This document shows, piece by piece, positions 42,521-52,074 of a stretch of 64,000 nt of DNA; position 1 is the first letter of the stretch; every line of letters begins with the position of its first letter. The stretch is from Candidatus Nanopelagicales bacterium (GTDB lineage Bacteria > Actinomycetota > Actinomycetes > S36-B12): the NCBI GenBank assembly GCA_018609125.1, contig JABAYF010000019.1, forward strand, positions 3,911 through 67,910. Direction: 5' to 3'. The notes beneath the pieces are model-generated. The model had not been told where the DNA came from. It worked only from the letters and a program-made list of their open reading frames with translations, and did not search any database. The translations under genes and the position numbers were made by a program.

Positions 42521-43330
42521 ATGGGCTCAGCACCCGAACCAGCCGCTAGCGATACGACCGCACCTGTCTATTTCGTCGATCGATCCGTCCTAGCCGGCGC
42601 CCAGGCGCAGCAACTGGTCGAGATCGCCGGCCCAGACGCACATCACGCAGCCCGGGTGCGCAGGCTCCGGGAAGGTGAGGCGGTTCATGTCAGCGATGGG
42701 GCCGGCACCCGCGCTACCGGTGCCGTGCATGGCGAACCCAACGGCGATCTACTGCGGATCCGTCTTGACACCATCAGTGTTGAGGCCAGCCGCAGTCCGC
42801 GCGTCATCATCGTCCAGGCCCTGACCAAGGGTGACCGGGGCGATCGAGCGATCGAAATGATGGCTGAGTTGGGTGCTGATGTCATCATTCCCTTCGCGGC
42901 GCAGCGCAGCGTAGTGCGGTGGACCGGGGCCAAGATTGATGCTGGTCGGCATCGCTGGCAATCCATTGCACGCGAGGCTGCGAAACAGTCGCGACAGGCA
43001 TGGGTGCCAGATGTCCAGCCGCTTGCAGACATCGACGATGTGTGTGGTGTCGTGAGAGCGGCTGACCTCGCCTTGGTTTTGGATGTGCATGGTGAAAGCG
43101 CCCCGGCGGTACCAATTTGGGGAGACGTTGTCTGTGTGGTGGGTCCCGAGGGTGGGTTGAGCCCGGCTGAGTGGGATGCGATTCGTACAGCCGGAGCTAT
43201 CTCGGCCAGTCTTGGGCCCACGGTGCTGCGTGCGGGTACGGCTGGGCCAGTAGCACTGACCTGCATCCTGAGTCAGACGTTGCGTTGGGCACCCCGGTCG
43301 AGCGTTTCCGTGCAAGGATTACGGCCGTGA
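42521..43330 (+). CDS. rsmE: 16S rRNA (uracil1498-N3)-methyltransferase RsmE
   Basis: ATG 42521 avoids overlap with dnaJ; PUA-like N-terminus, C-terminal VVGPEGGLSPAE SPOUT motif; conserved dnaJ-rsmE order. Confidence 0.85.
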   Translation: MGSAPEPAASDTTAPVYFVDRSVLAGAQAQQLVEIAGPDAHHAARVRRLREGEAVHVSDGAGTRATGAVHGEPNGDLLRIRLDTISVEASRSPRVIIVQALTKGDRGDRAIEMMAELGADVIIPFAAQRSVVRWTGAKIDAGRHRWQSIAREAAKQSRQAWVPDVQPLADIDDVCGVVRAADLALVLDVHGESAPAVPIWGDVVCVVGPEGGLSPAEWDAIRTAGAISASLGPTVLRAGTAGPVALTCILSQTLRWAPRSSVSVQGLRP

Positions 43331-43671
43331 GTGACTGCTTATTCTGTGCCATCGTTGCCGGTGACATCCCAGCAAACATTGTCCTTCAGACAGACACGGT
43401 GCTGGCATTTCACGACGTTCAACCACAGGCTCCCACGCATATTTTGGTGATTCCCAAGCAGCATTTTGCTGATCTGGCTGCGGTCGCCGCGGCTGATCCC
43501 ACACTTGCTGCAGACCTCATGCTGGCCGCCGCTGAGGTAGCCCACACCGTCCAACTCGACCAGGCGGGCTACCGTCTAGTGGTCAACACCGGTGTTGATG
43601 GCGGGCAGAGCGTTTACCACTGTCACGTACATGTCCTCGGTGGTCGTGGTTTGCAATGGCCACCGGGATGA
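43327..43671 (+). CDS. histidine triad (HIT) nucleotide-binding protein
   Basis: GTG 43327 (GTGA overlap with rsmE stop) gives 114 aa starting SDCLFCAIVAGDIPA; histidine triad HCHVHVLGG. Confidence 0.92.
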   Translation: MSDCLFCAIVAGDIPANIVLQTDTVLAFHDVQPQAPTHILVIPKQHFADLAAVAAADPTLAADLMLAAAEVAHTVQLDQAGYRLVVNTGVDGGQSVYHCHVHVLGGRGLQWPPG

Positions 43672-43720
43672 TCAGCGTTAACGAGCAGCGAACGGCAACA
43701 GTAGAGGAGTTTTTCAACCA

Positions 43721-44719
43721 GTGACTACACCGAGCGAAATCGCTCAATCCCAGGCAACAGTTGTGGTGCCGCCATCGCAATCTATGGTGTCGCTACTGGG
43801 CTCCCATGATGAACTGCTTCGCATCGTCGAACGCGAATTACCCGACGCGCAGATTCTGGCTCGCGGCAACGAAATCACGGCTCGTGGCTCTGTCGAAGAT
43901 GTCGGTCTGTTCGAGACGTTAATTGCCGAAATGCTGACCGTTTTACGAACGGGTCAAAACCTCACCCCGGAGTCGGTGGAACGCAGCATCGCGCTAGTGC
44001 GCGAGGGAATGCACCCGGCCGAGGTGTTGTCCACCAATATTCTTTCCTCGCGAGGGCGCACGATCCGCGCCAAGACTTTGAATCAGAAGCGCTACGTTGA
44101 TGCCATCGACGCCAACACCATTACCTTTGGGATTGGCCCGGCGGGTACCGGCAAGACCTATCTTGCCGTTGCGAAGGCGGTGCAGGCGCTGCAGGACAAG
44201 CGAATTACCCGCATCATTTTGACGCGCCCCGCGGTTGAGGCGGGTGAGCGTCTGGGGTTCTTGCCTGGAACGCTGTCGGAAAAAATCGATCCGTATCTTC
44301 GCCCGCTCTACGACGCATTGCACGACATGATTGATCCGGAATCCATTCCGCGCTTGATGACCGGCGGCACCATTGAAGTCGCCCCTCTTGCCTACATGCG
44401 AGGCCGGACCCTCAATGACGCCTTCATTATCCTGGACGAGGCACAAAACACCACGGCGGAACAAATGAAAATGTTTCTCACGCGCCTAGGTTTTGGATCC
44501 ACCATGGTCGTGACGGGTGACGTCACCCAGGTGGACCTTCCCGCCGGCTCGCAAAGCGGCCTTCGCGTGGTGGAAGACATCTTGACCGACATCAAGGATG
44601 TCGCCTTCTGCCGTCTGAACAGTCACGATGTCGTTCGTCATCGTCTCGTGGGCAAAATCGTGGAGGCCTACGGGAGGCACGACGAACAGATCCAAGCGCG
44701 AATAGCCGGCCGGCCTTGA
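43721..44719 (+). CDS. phoH: PhoH-like ATPase (PhoH/YbeZ)
   Basis: 332 aa; Walker A GPAGTGKTYLAV; Walker B FIILDEAQN; first gene of the phoH-ybeY-corC block. Confidence 0.93.
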   Translation: MTTPSEIAQSQATVVVPPSQSMVSLLGSHDELLRIVERELPDAQILARGNEITARGSVEDVGLFETLIAEMLTVLRTGQNLTPESVERSIALVREGMHPAEVLSTNILSSRGRTIRAKTLNQKRYVDAIDANTITFGIGPAGTGKTYLAVAKAVQALQDKRITRIILTRPAVEAGERLGFLPGTLSEKIDPYLRPLYDALHDMIDPESIPRLMTGGTIEVAPLAYMRGRTLNDAFIILDEAQNTTAEQMKMFLTRLGFGSTMVVTGDVTQVDLPAGSQSGLRVVEDILTDIKDVAFCRLNSHDVVRHRLVGKIVEAYGRHDEQIQARIAGRP

Positions 44720-45207
44720 TGGCATCGGCCATTGCCCTTACCGACGAGTCCGGATTCGACTGGTCAGGTACGTCGTGTGATCCATCACGCCTGTTGAACC
44801 TCACTGAGTTTCTTCTCCGCAAACTTGGCATGCATCCGGAGTGTGAAGTCTCCATCGCGCTCGTGACACCTGAGGTAATGACAGATCTGCACGTGACCTG
44901 GATGGATGAAGAGGGACCCACCGATGTGCTGTCCTTCCCGATGGACAACCTCCATCCAGGCACTGACGCAGCGCAACCGCCACTGGGTATCCTCGGCGAC
45001 GTGATCATGTGCCCTCGGGTGGCCCTGGAGCAGGCGGAGCATGCCGGTCATGACCTCACCACCGAGCTCAATATTTTGATGACCCACGGTGTCCTACACC
45101 TATTGGGTTTCGATCATGCAACGCAGGACGAGCACACACGGATGTTCAGCCTCCAAGACCAGTTACTCGCCCATTGGCCCACCGTCGAACATGTCGAGGG
45201 TTTATGA
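44716..45207 (+). CDS. ybeY: rRNA maturation endoribonuclease YbeY
   Basis: 163 aa; zinc-binding HGVLHLLGFDH motif; overlaps phoH stop (TTG 44716 or ATG 44719). Confidence 0.94.
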   Translation: MMASAIALTDESGFDWSGTSCDPSRLLNLTEFLLRKLGMHPECEVSIALVTPEVMTDLHVTWMDEEGPTDVLSFPMDNLHPGTDAAQPPLGILGDVIMCPRVALEQAEHAGHDLTTELNILMTHGVLHLLGFDHATQDEHTRMFSLQDQLLAHWPTVEHVEGL

Positions 45208-46517
45208 GCAGTTCGCAGGTGTGGGCCCTGGCGGTCGGTGCTCTCTTGATCATCCTGGCGGCCCTATTGGTGGCTGCGGAGACCGCGATCGGGCGGGTGT
45301 CGCGCGGGGCGGTAGAACAGATGCGCCGCGACGGACTCTCGCGGGCCGACAGCCTTGCTGTTGTTGCCGAGGATCGACCCCGTTACCTCAACGTCCTTCT
45401 CTTCTTATCCACGGTTGCCACGGTGTCTGCCGTTGCACTTGTGGCTGATGTCAGCCTCACCACCTTGCACGGTGAACTTGGCTGGCCGGTCGCTGGTGCA
45501 TTGGCGCTAGGTATCTCCGTCATGGTTCTGATCAGTTACGTCGTCCTTGGCGTTGCTGCGCGAACTCTCGGGGTCCAACACGCCAACCGCATTGCCCTAC
45601 GGGCCGCTCGCCCGGCACGTCTGATTGCCGGCGCGTTGAGTCCGTTAGCGAATCTGTTGATTCTGCTGGGCAATGCATTGACCCCGGGCCGAGGATTTAG
45701 GGCCGGGCCTTTCGCTTCTGAGGCCGAACTGCGTGAACTTGTCGATCTTGCGCAAGAAAACAGTCTTATCGAAGATGACGAACGCCAGATGATTCATTCG
45801 GTATTCGAACTTGGTGACACCTATGCCCGTGAGGTGATGGTGCCGCGCACCGAGGTCGTGTTTATTGAGCGGGACAAGACACTGCGGCAGGCGCTTTCCC
45901 TCGGCCTCCGATCAGGCTTCTCCCGAATCCCGGTCATTGGCGACAGCGCCGACGATGTCGCCGGAATCGTGTATCTGAAAGATGTGGTGCGTCGCGTCTT
46001 TGATCATCGTGAGGCCGAGCAGGGCGAACGAGTCGAATCGATTATGCGTGCGCCCTACTTTGTGCCCGACAGCAAACAGGCCGATGAGTTGCTGAGGCAG
46101 ATGCAGGCCGCACGCGTTCACCTTGCGATTGTTGTCGATGAATACGGCGGCACAGCAGGTCTGCTCACCATCGAAGATATTTTGGAAGAAATCGTGGGTG
46201 AGATCGACGATGAATACGACACGGCTGCACCCGAGGTGGCGTCGTTAGACGATGGTCGATTCCGGGTGAGCGCTCGCATGAATGTTGACGATTTCGCTGA
46301 TCTCATCGAACTTGATATCGATGGAGACGAAGAGGGCGTTGACAGCGTTTTAGGGTTGATGGCGAAACGGCTCGGCCGTGTGCCTATCCCTGGTGCGAGC
46401 ATCGATATTGATGGCTGGATTCTGATGGCCGAACAGGGAGCTGGTCGTCGAAACCGGATCGGTACGGTGCTGGCGAAGCAAATTGCTGCGGCACCGGAGG
46501 GGCCTGAAGATGACTAG
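45204..46517 (+). CDS. HlyC/CorC (CNNM) family transporter-associated protein with CBS pair
   Basis: ATG 45204 (ATGA overlap with ybeY stop); N-terminal DUF21-type four-TM region, tandem CBS domains, C-terminal CorC_HlyC-like domain. Confidence 0.88.
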   Translation: MSSSQVWALAVGALLIILAALLVAAETAIGRVSRGAVEQMRRDGLSRADSLAVVAEDRPRYLNVLLFLSTVATVSAVALVADVSLTTLHGELGWPVAGALALGISVMVLISYVVLGVAARTLGVQHANRIALRAARPARLIAGALSPLANLLILLGNALTPGRGFRAGPFASEAELRELVDLAQENSLIEDDERQMIHSVFELGDTYAREVMVPRTEVVFIERDKTLRQALSLGLRSGFSRIPVIGDSADDVAGIVYLKDVVRRVFDHREAEQGERVESIMRAPYFVPDSKQADELLRQMQAARVHLAIVVDEYGGTAGLLTIEDILEEIVGEIDDEYDTAAPEVASLDDGRFRVSARMNVDDFADLIELDIDGDEEGVDSVLGLMAKRLGRVPIPGASIDIDGWILMAEQGAGRRNRIGTVLAKQIAAAPEGPEDD

Positions 46518-46887
46518 TTCGGCGGAAGAAGTTGATGCCGAAGACGTCAAACTCATCACCTTGGCACGAGGTGCGCGCGAACGCGCTGGCGCACGCACGG
46601 GGGTTGCCGTTCGTGACGAAACGGGTCGCACCTACGCCGGTGCCGATGCTGATTTTCCTTCCGGCAGTGTTGGCGCGGCAACGATCGTTCTTGGCCAAGC
46701 GTGGATCAGCGGAGCACGCGCATTGGAAGCCATGGTGATCGTCAACTCTGACGACACCTCACATGAGTTTGGCTTGGTCGCAGACATCGCCAACGCGCAC
46801 ACCTATGTGCTGCTCTGCGCACTCGATGGCACTGTGCTCCAACGACTTAGCGCTCAGGCATTGCCAGGACTAAACGGCCACCGGTGA
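46510..46887 (+). CDS. cytidine-deaminase-fold protein lacking zinc ligands
   Basis: ATG 46510 (8-nt overlap with upstream stop); 125 aa; layout LARGARERA..TGVAVRDETGRTYAG resembles small tetrameric Cdd, but there is no (C/H)AE and no PCxxC motif; conserved position before era. Confidence 0.65.
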   Translation: MTSSAEEVDAEDVKLITLARGARERAGARTGVAVRDETGRTYAGADADFPSGSVGAATIVLGQAWISGARALEAMVIVNSDDTSHEFGLVADIANAHTYVLLCALDGTVLQRLSAQALPGLNGHR

Positions 46888-47834
46888 TCCTCAGCCTTGG
46901 TCGAAGCTCTGGCTCAACGGCCGGTGCAGTGTGGGCGGTTATTGCTTCCGCAGCTCTTTTCGGTACCTCGGGTACAGCTGTCGCGCTGGTGGGTGTTGAG
47001 GCTTCGGGTGCAGCGTTGGCGGCAAGTCGACTCATCGTGGGCGCAGCGGGTTTGCTGCTCATCGTTCGTCTGCAGCCGGCTATGCGCCGGTTCGTGTACC
47101 AACTGTGGCGTCGGCCGCTGGTCTGGGTCATGGGCTTGGGCGTGGCTGGTTACCAGGCAATGTTTTTTATCGGGGTCTCGCGCATCGGCGTTGCGGTTGG
47201 CACCCTGGTGAGTTTGGCGCTCGCTCCGTTTCTGGCGGGAATTCTAGGGTGGATTCTTAAAGAGGGCGCTCCCGGTGTGGTGTGGCTTTTTTCTACCGTC
47301 CTCGCCATCGTGGGCGTGGGTCTACTCACCTCCGGTGGGATCGCCCGTCAAGACATGGTGGGCGTTGCAGCCGCCATGGGTGCCGGTTCCTGCTACGCAG
47401 TCTTCACCGTGTTAGGCGTGCGCTTAAGCAGGCAGGGAATCCCGGCAACAACGGTGCTGGCAGCTTCCTTCACGATCGCAGCTGCGGTGAGTATTCCAAG
47501 TTTCGTTCTGGCCGGATTATGGTGGTGGAGTCCACAGGGTGTCCTCCTTCTCCTCTGGCTTGGTTTGGCGACGACAACACTGGCCTACCTGCTGTTCGGT
47601 ATGGGGCTCACCCGACTCCAACCCGGCCACATTGCCACCTTGAATCTGGCCGAGCCGGTGGTGGCGACTCTGCTCGGGGTCATGGTGTTAGGGGAGGTCC
47701 TCGGCGGCTGGGGTTGGCTGGGAAGTGTGCTGGTGTTGGCGGCCTTGGGCATGCTGGGCGTGCTCGGAAATGATGGCCGCGGTCAGCAGGCCCCGCCGGG
47801 TGCTGCCACGTCAAGAGAATGGGAGCCGGCATGA
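46884..47834 (+). CDS. EamA/DMT family transporter
   Basis: 316 aa; GTGA overlap with upstream stop; about ten TM helices in two EamA-like repeats. Confidence 0.82.
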   Translation: MILSLGRSSGSTAGAVWAVIASAALFGTSGTAVALVGVEASGAALAASRLIVGAAGLLLIVRLQPAMRRFVYQLWRRPLVWVMGLGVAGYQAMFFIGVSRIGVAVGTLVSLALAPFLAGILGWILKEGAPGVVWLFSTVLAIVGVGLLTSGGIARQDMVGVAAAMGAGSCYAVFTVLGVRLSRQGIPATTVLAASFTIAAAVSIPSFVLAGLWWWSPQGVLLLLWLGLATTTLAYLLFGMGLTRLQPGHIATLNLAEPVVATLLGVMVLGEVLGGWGWLGSVLVLAALGMLGVLGNDGRGQQAPPGAATSREWEPA

Positions 47835-48754
47835 GTGAGCATCGCTGCGGACTGGTTTGTTTGGTTGGTCGGCCCAATGCGGGTAAATCGACGTTGACCA
47901 ATGCCGTGATCGGGTCGAAGGTGGCGATCACGTCCAATCGTCCGCAAACGACACGTCATGTGATCCGCGGGGTACTCACTCGCCCTGAAGCTCAGTTGAT
48001 TGTTTTAGATACTCCCGGGCTACACAAACCACGCACCCTGCTGGGGCAGCGGCTCAATGATCTCGTGCACGAAGCATGGGCTCATGTCGACGTCGCCGTG
48101 CTCTGTGTGGCCGCTGATGCCACCGTCGGTCGCGGTGATGAGTTCGTGGCTCAGGCACTGGCCAGGGCGCGTCCAACGGGGGCAAAAACTTTTGCGGTTG
48201 TCACTAAAACCGATGCGGTGCCCCCACCCATGGTGGCGCAGCGACTTGCCGAGGTGTCTGAACTAGGTGTGCGAGTGGGGCTGAACTGGACCCAGGTAGT
48301 GCCGGTATCTGCATTGCGCGACATGCAGGTCGACCTCCTTACCGACCTGTTGATCGATGAGCTGCCGGTTGGTCCGGCACTTTTTCCGGACGGGGAAATC
48401 ACCGACGAACCCATCGACGTGTTGCTGGCGGAGTTGATTCGTGAAGCGGCGCTTGAAGGGGTCAGCGATGAACTGCCCCACTCCATCGCGGTGGTCATCG
48501 ACGAGGTGTCTGCCCGCGAAGACCGCCCCGAGGGACGCCCGCTGACCGATGTTTCCGCGATCATCTTCGTTGAGCGAGACAGCCAGAAGGGCATCGTGAT
48601 TGGTCGCGGGGGAGCACGGTTGAAAGATGTGGGCACCCGGGCCCGCCGCGGCATGGAGGCGCTGCTGGGGACGCCGGTTTACCTTGACCTGCGGGTCAAG
48701 GTAGCCAAGGACTGGCAGCGGGACCCCCGCCAACTCCGCCGCCTTGGTTTTTGA
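47831..48754 (+). CDS. era: GTPase Era
   Basis: ATG 47831 (ATGA overlap with EamA stop, GGAG 6 nt upstream); G1 GRPNAGKST, G3 DTPG, G4 TKTD; C-terminal KH domain (VERDSQKGIVIGRGG). Confidence 0.95.
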   Translation: MSEHRCGLVCLVGRPNAGKSTLTNAVIGSKVAITSNRPQTTRHVIRGVLTRPEAQLIVLDTPGLHKPRTLLGQRLNDLVHEAWAHVDVAVLCVAADATVGRGDEFVAQALARARPTGAKTFAVVTKTDAVPPPMVAQRLAEVSELGVRVGLNWTQVVPVSALRDMQVDLLTDLLIDELPVGPALFPDGEITDEPIDVLLAELIREAALEGVSDELPHSIAVVIDEVSAREDRPEGRPLTDVSAIIFVERDSQKGIVIGRGGARLKDVGTRARRGMEALLGTPVYLDLRVKVAKDWQRDPRQLRRLGF

Positions 48755-48817
48755 CCCGACAGGCCTGCCTGGGCGTTTCGATCTACGTTTCGCGCTGGAT
48801 TAGGGGAAACTAGGTCG

Positions 48818-49549
48818 GTGCCTACCTATCGCGATGAAGGGGTCGTTCTGCGTACCCAGCGCCTGGGTGAGGCAGATCGCATCATTACCTTCCTCACCCG
48901 AGAACATGGGCGGGTGCGGGCGGTGGCCAAGGGGGTACGAAAAACGGGTAGCCGTTTTGGTTCACGACTGGAGCCCTTTGGCCGGGTGGATGTGCAGTTT
49001 TATCAGGGTCGAAGTCTAGACACTGTGACCCAGGTGGAAACCCTGCACGCACACGGTCCTCGCCTCGCCACCGACTATGCCCGCTGGACGTCAGGAACTG
49101 CGATGCTTGAGGCGACCGAACGGCTCACTCCCGTCGATGGTGAACCCGTGCTGCCGCAGTATTTGCTGCTCGTTGCCGCGTTGCGCACCCTGGACTCCCA
49201 AACCCACGATGCCGGCCTGATTTTGGACGCCTTTATTTTGCGGTCACTGGCAATCTCGGGTTGGTCTCCGTCATTTTCTGACTGTGCTCGTTGTGGCGAA
49301 GCCGGTCCACACCGCGCCTTCTCCGTCGCCGGTGGTGGCGCGCTGTGTTCGGCCTGTCGCCTGCCGGGCTCGGCTGCACCGGCACCGCAAACGCTCATGT
49401 TGCTCGGTGCGCTACTCAGCGGCGACTGGGCCCGTGCCGATGATTCAGATCAGCGCGCCCGACGCGAGGGCACATCCATCACGGCAGCACTCATGACCTG
49501 GCACCTCGAGCGAGGTTTACGCTCCTGGCCGCTGGTGGAGCGGGTGTAG
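48818..49549 (+). CDS. recO: DNA repair protein RecO
   Basis: 243 aa; OB-fold N-terminus ([21 protein letters not shown]); zinc-finger CARCG..CSAC; era-recO-uppS order. Confidence 0.93.
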   Translation: MPTYRDEGVVLRTQRLGEADRIITFLTREHGRVRAVAKGVRKTGSRFGSRLEPFGRVDVQFYQGRSLDTVTQVETLHAHGPRLATDYARWTSGTAMLEATERLTPVDGEPVLPQYLLLVAALRTLDSQTHDAGLILDAFILRSLAISGWSPSFSDCARCGEAGPHRAFSVAGGGALCSACRLPGSAAPAPQTLMLLGALLSGDWARADDSDQRARREGTSITAALMTWHLERGLRSWPLVERV

Positions 49550-49556
49550 CTCCACG

Positions 49557-50336
49557 ATGGCACAACGATCCGTTCCCAGGCGAGAACCCACGCCACACAG
49601 CAGCGGTGCGATACCTCCGGTGATTCCCCGCGATCTGGTTCCTTCCCACGTTGCCGTCGTCATGGACGGCAACGGACGCTGGGCCGCACAGCGTGGCCTG
49701 CCCCGAAACAGCGGACACGAGGCGGGGGAGCATTCGTTGTTGGATCTGGTGCATGGCGCCATCGAAATGGGAGTGACCTGGCTGTCGGCCTATGCATTCT
49801 CGACGGAAAACTGGAAGCGATCCCCAGACGAGGTTCGGTTCCTGATGGGTTTTAATCGAGATGTAGTGCATCGGCGCCGCGATGAAATGAATGACCTAGG
49901 TGTTCGGGTTAGGTGGGCGGGTAGACCAAAGCGGCTGTGGCGCAGCGTGATTAACGAGTTGCAAGAGGCAGAAGAACTGACCAAGAACAATCGCACCCTC
50001 ACGCTGACCATGTGTGTCAACTACGGTGGGCGCGCAGAAATCGCTGATGCTGCAGGTGCGATCGCTCGCGGTGTAGCCGAGGGACGCATTGATCCGACCA
50101 AGGTAAACGAGCGAATGATTTCCCGCTACCTTGACGAGCCGGACATGCCCGATGTCGATCTTTTTCTGCGCACATCCGGCGAGCAACGCATGAGCAATTT
50201 CTTGCTTTGGCAATCGGCCTATGCTGAGTTTGTGTTCATCGACAAGCTTTGGCCCGATGTAGACCGGCGTGACCTGTGGGCCGCCTGCCTGGCCTATGCC
50301 GAGCGGGACCGACGTTTCGGGCGGGCGCAACCGTGA
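49557..50336 (+). CDS. uppS: isoprenyl (undecaprenyl/decaprenyl) diphosphate synthase
   Basis: 259 aa; cis-prenyltransferase motifs VMDGNGRWA and [15 protein letters not shown]. Confidence 0.95.
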   Translation: MAQRSVPRREPTPHSSGAIPPVIPRDLVPSHVAVVMDGNGRWAAQRGLPRNSGHEAGEHSLLDLVHGAIEMGVTWLSAYAFSTENWKRSPDEVRFLMGFNRDVVHRRRDEMNDLGVRVRWAGRPKRLWRSVINELQEAEELTKNNRTLTLTMCVNYGGRAEIADAAGAIARGVAEGRIDPTKVNERMISRYLDEPDMPDVDLFLRTSGEQRMSNFLLWQSAYAEFVFIDKLWPDVDRRDLWAACLAYAERDRRFGRAQP

Positions 50337-51325
50337 CGGAGCCGACTATCCCCCCGTTACGCACCAGCGCGCGGTATAGACCGGGAGCATTGGAATATCT
50401 TGCCCTCGGACTCATTGTCCTCGTGATTGGACAGCGCTGGCTCGTCGATCTTTTTGACATCCCCGCGCTGCAAACTGGAGCCACCGTTTTCGTGGCCATC
50501 ATGATCCAGGCCACCCCGTTTCTACTCCTTGGCGTGGTGCTTTCCGGAGCGATCGCTGCCTTCGTGCCGGCATCGTTTTGGCGCCGGGTGCTGCCAAAGA
50601 ACAACGCCCTGGCTGTTCCGGTGGCCGGGGCTGCCGGTGCGCTCATTCCGGGTTGCGAATGCGCATCGGTTCCGGTGGCGAACGGACTCATGGCCCGTGG
50701 GGTGACCCCGGCTGCGGCATTGGCTTTCCTGCTCTCAGCACCGGCCATCAACCCCATCGTGATGGTGTCCACCTTCGTGGCCTTCCCCGGTGAACCCGAA
50801 CTCGTTCTGGCGCGATTTGTCGCCTCGCTTCTCACCGCTGTGGTCATGGGCTGGTTGTGGCTGCGGTTTGGCAAGGGGGAGTGGCTGCGTATCGGCCCGC
50901 GTACGCACCTGATCGGTTCCAGTTCCTTTCACACCTTCCGACTCACCGCTACCCATGACTTCCTGCATGCCGGGGGCTACCTCGTTATCGGAGCTTTCGC
51001 GGCTGCAGCCATCAATGTGCTCGTGCCCCCTGCGGTCATGAACACCGTGGCAGAGAATCCTTTCCTGGCCATCGGCGCAATGGCCGCGCTGGCAATCTTG
51101 CTGTCCATCTGCTCTGAAGCGGATGCCTTCATTGCGGCCAGTTTCACTGAGTTTTCCAGCACCGCCAAGTTGACGTTTATGGTGATCGGCCCGATGGTTG
51201 ACTTGAAATTGATTTCGCTCCAAGCGGGCACTTTTGGGCGTGCCTTCGCCGTACGATTCGCTCCCACCACGGTGGCCATCGGGATTGCAGCGAGCCTGAT
51301 CGTGGGTTGGGTGTTACTCACATGA
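50333..51325 (+). CDS. putative metal permease (COG0701 / PF03773-like)
   Basis: GTG 50333 (GTGA overlap with uppS stop); 330-aa polytopic membrane protein with GCECASVP Cys motif; partnered with the TIGR03943-like ORF. Confidence 0.8.
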   Translation: MTEPTIPPLRTSARYRPGALEYLALGLIVLVIGQRWLVDLFDIPALQTGATVFVAIMIQATPFLLLGVVLSGAIAAFVPASFWRRVLPKNNALAVPVAGAAGALIPGCECASVPVANGLMARGVTPAAALAFLLSAPAINPIVMVSTFVAFPGEPELVLARFVASLLTAVVMGWLWLRFGKGEWLRIGPRTHLIGSSSFHTFRLTATHDFLHAGGYLVIGAFAAAAINVLVPPAVMNTVAENPFLAIGAMAALAILLSICSEADAFIAASFTEFSSTAKLTFMVIGPMVDLKLISLQAGTFGRAFAVRFAPTTVAIGIAASLIVGWVLLT

Positions 51326-52074
51326 GACGCGATGTTCAGGCGATTATCTTGCTTCTACTCGGTGGCGCTGTTCTACGTGTTACCTGGTCTGATGCGTACT
51401 TGAACTATGTCCGCGAGGGCATGCGGCCGTTTCTGTTCATTTCTGCCGGGCTACTACTCGCCTTCGGCGCGATGGCCATGGTGGACGCGATTCGACAATT
51501 GCGTACCCCGGCAAAGGTCGTAGCGATCGATGGTCTCGAGCACGACGATGACGTCGACGATGACCACGATGATGATCATGACCACGACCATGGAGCCTGG
51601 AGTTCATGGTTGCTGCTGTTGCCGGTGCTGGCAATATTTTTGATTGCACCCCCTGCCCTTGGCGCGTACTCGGTGGCGCGCGAGACAACGAACGCGATTC
51701 CTCCGGCCGAAGCCAAGGCGCCACCCTTACCCCCCGGTGATCCCGTGGAGGTCACCCTGTCTGATTTCGTGGGTCGAGCCGTGTGGGATTCTGGTCTTAC
51801 CCTCCAAGACCGTCAGGTGCGCATGACCGGCTTCGTTACCCCCAATCCTGCCGGCGGCTGGTGGCTGGCGCGTCTGTCGATTGCTTGCTGTGCCGCAGAC
51901 GCTATTGGCACGCGGATTCAAGTGCAGGGTGCCCCGATCTTGCCTGCCAACACCTGGGTCACGGTGACCGGTGCCTGGACACCGGGTGGCGGCACGATGA
52001 GTGCCGATGCGATCCCCATCCTGGTGTCTAGTTCGGTGGACGTTGTCCCCGAGCCTCGCAATCCCTACGAGTGA
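51322..52074 (+). CDS. TIGR03943 / DUF1980-like permease partner with His/Asp-rich loop
   Basis: ATG 51322 (ATGA overlap); two N-terminal TM helices separated by EHDDDVDDDHDDDHDHDHG; C-terminal domain with CCAAD motif. Family name from memory. Confidence 0.78.
   Translation: MRRDVQAIILLLLGGAVLRVTWSDAYLNYVREGMRPFLFISAGLLLAFGAMAMVDAIRQLRTPAKVVAIDGLEHDDDVDDDHDDDHDHDHGAWSSWLLLLPVLAIFLIAPPALGAYSVARETTNAIPPAEAKAPPLPPGDPVEVTLSDFVGRAVWDSGLTLQDRQVRMTGFVTPNPAGGWWLARLSIACCAADAIGTRIQVQGAPILPANTWVTVTGAWTPGGGTMSADAIPILVSSSVDVVPEPRNPYE

Noticed and set aside
50100-50336. Internal Zur box or promoter for the permease pair inside uppS
   Set aside because: Only a weak partial match (GAATGATTTCC near 50113) was seen, with no palindromic partner. 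It is not reportable.
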